From assembly GCA_951804945.1 (NCBI GenBank), contig OX638153.1:49476001-49540000 (forward strand): a stretch of 64,000 bases of DNA, read 5' to 3'. The translations under genes were made by a program, and so were the position numbers. The DNA comes from Podarcis cretensis (taxonomy: Eukaryota). Positions 54,546 through 64,000 of the stretch are shown in pieces (the first letter of the stretch is position 1; every line of letters begins with the position of its first letter). The notes beneath the pieces were generated by a model. The model did no database searches. It had not been told where the DNA came from and worked only from the letters and a program-made list of their open reading frames with translations.

Positions 54546-55072
54546 GGTGGATTCATAGTAAAATTGGCTCCATCTCTTATTATTTATTTAAAAGACTTCA
54601 AACCCACTTTTCAGGGCACACTGCCTTCATAAGGTAGCTTACAAGATTCTGAAATATATGAAAATTCAGTCGCAACAATTTAGCCAAACAAAGACTTATA
54701 TAAATATGTCTTCAGTATGTTTTTGATGATGATGACAACGACTAGCAGTGATCCACAGACATCATCCACTTCATAAACCAAAGACTAGCAGTGATGAGGC
54801 CATATTTATCTTCCTATTTGATTTCCCCTTCTCTAACAGAAGCTGAAGTGCAAACATTCTTATGTTTGTTTAGTTAGCAGTTTGGTTTTTTGTGTGACTA
54901 TCCCTTGCCTTCCTAACAATTTACCAAATTAGTACGAAAGACTTCACTACAGCAAGCATGATGAAATATCATTTGCACATACGTTTGTTGTTATCACTGA
55001 CATTTACTGTTTTTACTTGTTAAGATATCTGACGTAAAGAAAGAAACTGGTCATACATGTGGAGTTAATGAA

Positions 55073-55206
55073 CATAGAATCGTATAGTTGGAAGGGACCT
55101 TGAGGATCATGTAGTCCAATCCACTGCAATGCAGGAATCTGCAGCTGGGATCGAACCTGCAACCTTGGTGTTATCAGCACCATGCGCTAACAAACTGAGC
55201 TATCCA
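55073..55206 (-). mobile_element. tRNA(Ile)-derived SINE with CR1-type tail
   Basis: Minus strand reads ggatagctcagtttgttagcgcatggtgctgataacaccaaggttgcaggttcgatccc, then ggactacatgatcctcaaggtcccttccaactatacgattctatg. Confidence 0.78.
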
Positions 55207-56230
55207 GTTATGATAGTCATAAAAGATGGGATTCATCTAATGAACTCCATCAGTGGAAGCCCTATGCAAGGGCTTGCACTAGCACAATGGGGCTTTCTCT
55301 ACTCTCCTCCCCTTGCACTACCCAAAATTCATTGGGGAGGCTAAGGGGGATTGTTCTGTCTGGCAAACTGATATACTTGTGCAGCCAAAACATTTGTAAT
55401 AGTGCCACACTGAATTCCAACCAAAGGCTTTTAGATATTTAATAGCAGACATAAACTTGGCACATTTAATGCCCAAAGTGCGTTGGGGCAATTTTTTACT
55501 CATTTTCTTCACAATAGCTCTATGAGTTTGGTCAGTGTTCCCATTTTACACATGACACAAAGAAGCCAAGCGGTAGTCTCTTGCCCAGAATAACATGGTT
55601 AGGGTGGAATTTGTCCTAATGTGTTCATGGTAGTCCAAAATCTCTTTAATCTCCCCAAAATCTTTGTCTTGAATGTCTTTAAATTTTTGTGGCCAGCTTG
55701 CGAGAGTTTCATGTCAAATGGTGCTATAAACTGGATTGTGTTGCTAATCTACTCCTTCTGAGAGTGCATATAATAGAATAACTATACTGGCTTTTTTTCC
55801 CAATTCCCAGAAAAACTAAAATTGAAAATTGTATACATTTAGCATGTGCTGACAACATTTTTATTGCCTCACCAAAAAAAAAAACAACAAAAAAACTATG
55901 TTCAATATCTTATGCAACATTATAGCACATGGTAAGTGATAAATCATTGCATGAGTAAGTATTGAAGGCTCTGGAATGTGTATACACATCTCATCTATGT
56001 TGTCTATAATGCATACATCATATACCGGTACTTAAACAAAGCAGCTTAATATAGGCTTTCACTATAGTTATTATTCTTTCCAAAATGGCAACAGTGATTG
56101 CTTATACTTTATTAGAGTCCCGAGTTAGAAAGTAGATATAATTCAAGGCCTGTTAGAATTAATATGATAATCCTACCCCCCTTGTTTTCATAGTCTGAAG
56201 GCCAAATCTTTGGAGGAACAAATTTCACTA

Positions 56231-56613
56231 AAAGGTAAAGTTAAAGGACCCCTGGACAGTTAAGTCCAGTCAAAGGCAACTATGGGGTTGTGGTGCTCAT
56301 CTCGCTTTCAGGCCAAGGGAGCCGGCGTTTTCCACAGACAGCTTTCCAGGTCATGTGGCCAGCATGACTAAACCGCTTCTGGTGCAATGGAACACTGTGA
56401 TGCAAACCAGAACGCATGGAAACGCCATTTGCCTTCCCGCTGCAGGAGTACTTATGTATCTACTTGCATTAGCATGCTTTCAAACTGCTAGGTTGGCTGG
56501 AGCTGGGACAGAGCAACGGGAACTCATCCCATCATGGGGATTCGAACTGCTGACCTTTTGAGTGGCAAGCCCAAGAGACTCAGTGGTTTAGACCACAGCG
56601 CCATCCACGTCCC
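56231..56613 (-). mobile_element. Sauria SINE, full length, more diverged variant
   Basis: aaaggtaaag..ggacccctggacagttaagtccagtc ... accacagcgccatccacgtccc; shares the core with the other copies. Confidence 0.9.
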
Positions 56614-56865
56614 TAGCACTGTATCACCACTGTGGGTGAGTACACACCATATATTTCAGCCACATTTTTCCTCTCAAGTTGGTTAAGGGTGCTGAGAGTG
56701 TAGCTCTATGAGAAGCAAACTACAGATCCCAGGATTCAGGGGAGGGAGGTGCTTTAAATGTATGGTATGCACACAGCCTGTATGAGTTGTAAAGAACAAA
56801 GGACAGTAAATAAAACAGGGTGGAGAAAGCATTTCTTTCCTCTCTTCTCTATTTGATTACGGTAA

Positions 56866-57223
56866 TTCCATTCATTTCAGGTGCCATGGGAAAGCTGCAG
56901 AGATAGTGCAGGATAGTGTGCACCCTGGAAATTATCTCTTTCAGCTTCTGCCTTCTGGAAGAAGGTACAGGGTTATAAAGACTAGGACTAGCCACCTGAG
57001 AAACAGTTTCTATCCAAATGTGATTTTGGTTTTAAAAGCAGTGTAAGGTAGTCTTTATGTGGATATATTGTATTCAATTATGGGGTATCAGAGTTTTTAG
57101 GGGCTGACCAGTCTGGGATAGCTGGGATAGCAGGCTTGTGGGTTCTTGAATGTCTGGTGTAGATTTTTTTCAATTTTGTTGTTCTGTATGGGACAATGAC
57201 AATAAAGATTATCGTATTGTATC
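56866..57223 (+). mobile_element. Rex1/Babar-clade LINE 3' end
   Basis: Translates ...HPGNYLFQLLPSGRRYRVIKTRTSHLRNSFYPNVILVLKAV*, with the LPSGRRYR...SF(F/Y)P Rex1 signature. Ends gacaatgacaataaagattatcgtattgtatc. Confidence 0.82.
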
Positions 57224-58244
57224 AAAATCTTTCAAGGTTGTAGCCATTTGTCTGACCTGTGATATGATTTGGGATGATAATTTCAGGTAACCTTTTCAGG
57301 AATCTCTGACGTAGTGGATTCAGCAGAAGGGAAGGTGAAAAGTTGGGGGGGGTGTACCAAATTTTGGCCTTGCTTGGGCCGCAGTTGAAATGTGAAAGAC
57401 CAAAGTCTGCCCCTGGGACATGTCTTTCTCTACTGTTCCCATTCTTGCCTGGAGGTGATCTCATAAAGGAATCTGCATAAGTCTGTGAAAGAGAAGAGAC
57501 TTGGCAGTCCGGGAACTGAGTCTGAACAACATGCAGTGCTAGTGCTAGTTGTCTTCTGTGCTTCTAGGCTAAATAATTATTCCACATAAACATTATGTTG
57601 GTAAAATGGAGGACTGACTGAAGTTTAAAAACAATAAAGTTTGGGTGACAGTCCAGTGCAGGATCTAATTTTGCGCTCACATGTGTCTGATGAAAGAAGC
57701 AGCACAACACAGTCAGGATGAATGAATTATAGTTACTGAAGATCCCTGCCTGATTAACTACAGAGGATGGATGGTATGTAATGTAAGGGGTATGTGGACA
57801 TACATCGAACAAAGACAATAAAAATAAATAGTGAACAGCTGCCTCTTTTGTTAAGCTTGGATGATCCTGAAAGCTTCCTGAGCCTGGGATCCTGCTAAAA
57901 ATATAGTATATGATCATGTGAGATAGATACACAGAAAAACACATTAATGACTCAATGGAAGCTAATTTATATGGGAAGGGAACATTCTCAAATCCAGGCC
58001 AATATGTTAAATAAAGAGAGTCAGGAGTGGACGAATAAGCTGCATCCTTGGCAATATATATTAAGGAGTTGAGCAAGATGGGTAAATAAAACTGAGGTTA
58101 TACCACGTGGTACCATTCAGAGATGATTGTCAAAACATTCTGAAGCATAGGTGGGGAATATTTTTTCCCTGGTGGTCTGCTTCCTTTGTGGGAAAGCAGT
58201 GAGAGTATGCATACCAGGAACCGGCAAGGCCAAAGCATGCATAT

Positions 58245-59157
58245 TGTCATAGGATGGTGGGGTTGGTCCAAGCCTGTGGTTTTATATAAGATTCTACAGA
58301 AGATTCTACAGAAAATGAGGCTGCTAAAGTGGTCAGACTAGTCCCTTTGTTAAGTTGATGACTCTAGCTAACTCTGTTAAGTTATCCTTTTGCATGAATA
58401 AAGAGCACAGGTGATTGGTTTCCACGGAGCTATGAGATGGAGATACTTTCAGAAGTAGCTAAAAGGGGCAGGCTCCTCTTTGTTTGGCTGGAGGCAATGG
58501 CATCAGTAAATGTAAGAGAACAATAAACTTAGACCAGTCTTGTTTGGAACCAGAAGGCACAGCAGCTTGACCTGCTCTCTGTGCTGTGTCCAAATCTATG
58601 CTTTGGGTGCTCTCCTAGAACTCTAGTATGGGATGAAGAGCTGTTGGCGTGTTGATACTGTGAGCTCTTCCATTTTATGCTCAGCCTGTTTTTATGTGTA
58701 AATAAAGTCAGCGCCTAGGACTTGCCGATCGCATGGTCGGCGGTTCAAATCCCCATGGCAGGGTGAGCTCCCGTCATTCGGTCCCAGCTCCTGCCCACCT
58801 AGCAGTTCGAAAGCACCCTTAAGTGCAAGTAGATAAATAGGGACCGCTTTATAGCGGGAAGGTAAACGGCGTTCCGTGTGCTGTGCTGGTGCTGGCTCGC
58901 CAGAGCAGCTTCGTCACGCTGGCCACGTGACCCGGAAGTGTCTTCGGACAGCGCTGGCTCCCGGCCTCTAGAGTGAGATGAGCGCACAACCCTAGAGTCT
59001 GTCAAGACTGGCCCGTTCGGGCAGGGGTACCTTTACCTTTACCTTTAAAGTCACATATCTCAAAGACACCACCATCTTTTGCTATCTTCATTATGAGAAA
59101 ACCAATTCAAGGTATGTAGTGGCACCTCTGAAGCTTCTCACTGCTGGGAGATTGGCA
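58245..59157 (+). mobile_element. Possible solo LTR interrupted by the 58711 Sauria SINE
   Basis: TGTCA...TGGCA ends; tgtaAATAAAgtca rejoins catatctcaaagacaccac once the SINE is removed. TSD not clean. Confidence 0.3.
58711..59045 (+). mobile_element. Sauria SINE, slightly 5'-truncated, 8-bp TSD
   Basis: Highly similar to the 48053 copy, with an (ACCTTT)n tail. TSD TAAAGTCA at 58703-58710 and 59046-59053. Confidence 0.92.
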
Positions 59158-59474
59158 TATGAATAAGAATTCAAAATCCAATCACGACTTTTTTTCAGCT
59201 GGAACTCACTCAACAACTTGGGGTGGGTGTTCCCCCTAAAAAAAAGGTCAACAAGTTCCAGCATCTTTTTCTAGAAAAAAAGGCCCTGAATCCTCTTATT
59301 TAGTTTTATTTAACATGCCAACATTTAAAATATGTCATCTTCCCATGGTATCTTAAAACAAATAAAAACAACCCAAACCCATATCAAAGATCAAACAACA
59401 TTTCATTTATTCTAATCCATGTCTGACATCTCAACAAAAATAGAGCCCCCTACCCCCTTACACAATGTCACTAA

Positions 59475-59594
59475 AAGCAGTCATGAATAAATATGTTTTT
59501 AGAGCATGCTTAAATGACAGCAAGGAGGGGGCTGATTGTATCTCTCAGGGCTGGGAGTTTGTTCCACAACTGTGGGGCCACTACAGAAAAGGTC
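59475..59594 (-). mobile_element. Old L2-like ORF2 3' fragment
   Basis: gttccacaactgtggggccactacagaaaagg reads FSVVAPQLWN on the minus strand, an L2 C-terminal motif. Confidence 0.55.
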
Positions 59595-61240
59595 ATGTCC
59601 CCACATTCACTCACACTTAAATGCACACAAACACACATCATTTAAAATGTAAAGAGATTCCTAAGTTGATGTAGTAAAAGCAAATTCTCCTATTTACTAA
59701 AGTTTCTACTGATGAGAAAATCACAGGGAGGAAAGGTCATGTGCATTCCACAACATCAGGAGCCAAGAACTGCTTCGACCGCTAATTTGCATTGAAACCC
59801 ACAGGGTTTTGATGGAAATCGCAATTACATTGATCCCCATTGTCTCCTGATATTCACCAGTCTAGAATGTTGGAACCCTATCCAAGACAAGATTTAAAGA
59901 CTCACTATATATCAAACAGAGCGAGATTCTTGGCTACTTGAACAGGGACATCAGAGAAGAGATATGCCAAATAATTCCCTCAAGATTAAGGACTCAGAAT
60001 GTTCTGAAAAATAATAACTATAATGGTCCAGGATGTCAACACTATATATTTCATTGAGGATTTCATTTTAAGAACCATTTTGGAATTAAATTTTGCACAT
60101 TTCCAGCAAGATAATAATTATTCTAAAGTCTTGTGCACACTTCTCCCTTGAGTAACATGATTTAGAATAAATTGCTGCAAATATGGGATTGCTGAAGAAT
60201 TTCAGTTATCCTGCTAGTAATGGGAATTGTAGGCGCGTAAGCTAGAGAATGCCATTTCAAGCCAAAGGATGCCCATGTTGTTATTACAGCAACAATTAAG
60301 GACACTTCAGGCACCAATATGCCAAAACACCACATGAAAGCACAAGAATGGTTTAAAAGATGATCACATTTGTTCTGGCTAGCAATACGCAAGGGGGTGG
60401 GGGGAAGAGAACCATTCCAAGTTGGATGTTTCAGTGAGCCTAGGCAGATGAAGGAGCTCTGCTGGCTTCATGCCACACAGATGTTTATGAATGAATCTTT
60501 CAAAATGTGGGATTTGGCTTTAAATAGCTATAGAATAAAATAACCCCAAATTGGTCTGTGCTGGAGAGATACTATGAAAATATAGAAAAAGGTTTTCCCA
60601 CTGTCTGGTCTCGCTATTGCTGTGCAATGTTGTGTGCAATGCTTGATCACTTGTTTTGTCTAGGGCTGCAGCATTAGTCTTCTGCTAGTCTTGATCATTT
60701 CCTGGGCCAACCGATGCATCTTATGGATTTTCATTAAAAGGCATTCTTTTAAAAAAGATATCTGACAGTGTTTGAAAATGTACTTGCTGCCTCAGCTCCC
60801 AAAACTAAAGGTTTAGTTCCAATAGATGATTTAAAATAAAACTATGTGTGAAAAGGTCATTGGGATCCCTGTTTCAGAGTTCCACAGGTTATTCATACGG
60901 GCCAAAGACTTGCTCAAGTCAACTTCATACATAGATGGCACCTTACCACCATCTGCCTTCATCACATTAGCCAATGAGTGTCTTCCTTGTGCTTGAGGAC
61001 ACTAAGGAAGACGGTCTCTGAAATGCACATGGTGGACTTGTTAAGACATTCTGGGAACCAGTTTCTGAGATTATATCACACACTGTTCACCATGTTAATC
61101 TGTACAGTCAACCCAAGAATTGATCCACAAGGATGTTGTTTCTGGCATTGTCTAAAAAGTTAATGCATCAGAGTGAACTGGCAAGAGGTATGGAGGGCAA
61201 GATTCCATCTCTGAAATGTGGGTTCTGTTAATCTTTTCCA

Positions 61241-61375
61241 TAGAGGTTGGTATATCTGTGGGCCTACAGATGTTGGATTCCAACTCCCATCACCCCAGAG
61301 AGCAGAGCCAATGGTCAGGGATGGTGGAAATTGTAGTCCAACAACGCCAGCAGGGCAAAAGGTTCCTCATCCCTG
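61241..61375. mobile_element. hAT-like MITE (family of 1001-1131)
   Basis: cagatgttggattccaactcccatca...gatggtggaaattgtagtccaacaac...aaggttcctcatccctg. Confidence 0.68.
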
Positions 61376-62126
61376 TTTTTCACCAACAAAGGTGGGAGGC
61401 AAGAATTCATCCTCCTTCATCTCAGTTTTCCTCTTGGAAAGGCAGCTCTTCTTGCCTTATGATAGTAGCTGTAATCTGCTTCATGTTTTATGGGATTATG
61501 GCTTTATTTATGTGTGCTATATGCTCTTGAATCCACCTTTGTATTTTGTTCTTGGCTTTTTTCATCTTGCAATGTATGTACTCCTACTTCAATAAAATAA
61601 AATTTAAAACAAAAGAAAGATCATCCAAATTGGCAAGGGAGTGTAACAATGCATGGAGATCCACCCTTTTGAGCATATCAGAATTCTACTATCTGCATGT
61701 GATCATTTATACTTCTCCATCACAATATGTGTAACTGGGAAGCCCTTTGATATCTCATTTAAACAAGTCAAATAAACTGTTTTATGAGCCGCTCCTTACA
61801 ATAAAATCAGCCGGAAATATAATACTATTGTTTACATACTGACAAAGCACAGACAGAAGTTACAATGTACAAGTCAAAGAAAGCAAGGATGAGCAGGTAG
61901 GTGGTCAATGATTGTCACAATGCATGAAAAGTTTTCTAAATGACACCTGCCAACCAGCCCTGGAATCTGCAGCAGGTTAAATTAAATGGTTTTGGCAATT
62001 TTTTGAACTGCATGATTCAGATATCAATCTGTTTGTGGAATGAGGGAAGAATCTGCAAAGTCTCCCAAAGGGATTCAGCTACAGTGTCAGTCAGCAAACT
62101 AAACATATCAGCAGCAAATATAACCT

Positions 62127-62252
62127 AATAATAATAATGATGTTGATGATGATGATGATGGTGATAATTTATTATTTGTGCCCTGCCCATCTGGCTGGGT
62201 TTCCCCAGCCACTCTGGGAGGCTTCCAACAGAGATTAAAAATACATTAAAAC
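62127..62252 (-). mobile_element. L2-clade LINE 3' tip (same family as 9406-9811)
   Basis: tttattatttgtgccctgcccatctggctgggtttccccagccactctggg...gattaaaaatacattaaaa is near-identical to 9420-9503; adjacent (AAT)n/(GAT)n tail. Confidence 0.8.
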
Positions 62253-62858
62253 TTTGATGCTTGATGACAGAAGTCAGCAAGGGGTGTGTATTGCAAGGAA
62301 AGGGACTCTATCATGCATGTAGATCTTGAACACTGCTTCTTGCTTGGGAACTTATCCTATGTTATGGTTCCTGGAAAGCCATCTAAGGGGCCATGGCATG
62401 CATTAGCTCTCCCTCTCCAAGGTTAGATTGAGATATCAAGTAAGATAAACTCTTACTGCCACCACAGCAACTTCCAGAGCCCTGGCCCTACCAATATTGT
62501 AGCTCTGAAGTCAGTAGAGTCAAGAAGGTGGCATGTTAGGGGGGTGTTGGCAATACTGTGGAGGATCAGGGCAAGCTTAGATCTGACAGATCCAATAACT
62601 TCCCAGTTTCCCAACACCCATACACTCTGGAGCTGGCAGAAGACAATCTCATTTATTTCCCTTTCGTTGTTTCCAAACCAACCCATCAGGAAAAAAGGAT
62701 GGAAGAACACAAAGCACTCCTCTACCCTCACTTCCACCCTGCTGGCAAGAGCCCAGCAGGTTGTTAGACATGAATGACCCACCTGCATTCCTCTTCCCAT
62801 TCTAGGATTGCAGCTGAAGTGAACCAAAGATGTACCGTATGAGCACATATGTCATGTT

Positions 62859-62961
62859 GTCCAGATGTTGTTTGACTACAACTCCCATCAGCTTCAACCA
62901 TCATGGCTGATATTCAGAGCTGTGATCTGGCAACAATGGGAGGGTACCGCATTGGCTACCC
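62859..62961. mobile_element. hAT-like MITE relic
   Basis: ccagatgttgtttgactacaactcccatcagc...gagggtaccgcattggctaccc. Confidence 0.6.
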
Positions 62962-63880
62962 AACTCTAGCCCATTATTGTACCCAATGGGTAAGAGTTCT
63001 TCAAAGTCTTAGATTTCTTCTCCAGGTGTGCTACCTAAGATCCCTTACTAGTGATGCCAGGGATTTAAAACTGAAATTTAGGTACGGAAAACACATGCTC
63101 TGTCACACAGCTATAGCTCTTTTCTCATAAAGGCAGTGGCCCTTGTTGTCTCTCAACATGAGGGGAAGGTAGGAGATGGCCCTCATGGTGAAACCTGGAG
63201 GAAAGAATATTGCAATGCCACAACAGATTATGAATTTCTGCACTGGGGCTCAATTCTGGTGGAACTATGAATGACTCTTGCGTGTGCCTTCCAGAGGGTG
63301 GAATTCCGTGTGGAACTAAGGAGATGGTTCCCTCAGCGCAAGCATGTCTGATTACCCAACAGAACATTTTCCTATCACCCTCCCACCTGTACTGTTCTGG
63401 GGGTTCTTCTGACCCTCCATGGCAGATTTGGGGGAGGCATGCCCCCCATTACACTAGTGAGAGTCCTTGCAATGGTTTCTGCTAGTGGAACAAGTTTGTT
63501 GCATTCAGCCCAGTGTCCCAACTTTTGTGTAAACTGAGAGTACACAACCTACTCCCCTTAACTCTTCAAAATGATTCTGGCATGGACATTCTTTTTTTGT
63601 GCACTTCTTTGGTCATCACTAGAACAAAGCACTCTTCAGACTACTTTGTGGCAATACAGGGGTTCTGGGATACACCTCTGAGGTCCAGAAACAGCACAAG
63701 CACAGATGCTGCTTCTGATCTGGGAAACACTGAGCACACAAACTGATACTCAGAGCAGGGAACCAGCATTTGGTTCTGTCCTGTATCAGTTGATACCTCA
63801 GTAATGAGCATTCTGTTCTGCTAGGCGTATACACAGAGCTTCTTTCACTGCAGTAGATCAGGATTAACCAAAGTAGTGCA

Positions 63881-63983
63881 CTACAGGTATTGATGTACTC
63901 CAGCTGCCATCACCCTCAGCCAACATGGCTGATGAGCAGGTATGATGGGAGTTGCAGTCAACAGCATCTGGCGGGCATCCACA
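63881..63983. mobile_element. hAT-like MITE relic
   Basis: ccatcaccctcagccaacatggc...atgatgggagttgcagtcaacagcatctggcggg. Confidence 0.6.
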
Positions 63984-64000
63984 GTAGATAATGATAATTG

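Noticed and set aside
55147-55206. Functional tRNA-Ile(GAT) gene, and tRNA-Lys genes near 17 kb
   Set aside because: Acceptor stems are broken and each is fused to a CR1-type tail, so these are SINE heads.
57564-58076. 170-aa minus-strand ORF
   Set aside because: Non-ATG start, no recognisable homology or splice context; consistent with chance.

Overview
Vertebrate genomic DNA from a squamate reptile, probably a lacertid lizard judging from the Sauria SINE copies. The window holds one protein-coding gene, the homeobox gene EMX2, on the minus strand. It has three coding exons (33010-32614, 29817-29633, 24086-23919), 750 nt in total, giving 249 aa with canonical GT-AG introns. The gene lies inside a ~36 kb CpG-retaining domain (~10.3-46.5 kb) that lacks well-preserved retroelements. 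The CpG-poor flanks carry five Sauria SINEs, L1, L2, Rex/Babar and CR1 fragments, tRNA-derived SINEs and MITEs. There are three assembly gaps. I see no new protein-based or prokaryote-type system; the other long ORFs are GC-rich or repeat-derived noise. The most interesting features are regulatory: (i) only four upstream ATGs in the EMX2 leader, three of them start-stop or two-codon micro-uORFs; (ii) the likely ortholog of the 3' OTX/TCF/SMAD forebrain enhancer; (iii) CpG excess in transposon relics inside the domain; (iv) a CTCF-like site and several motif-dense enhancer candidates. Repeat-family names and cross-species comparisons come from recalled consensus sequences, not database searches.
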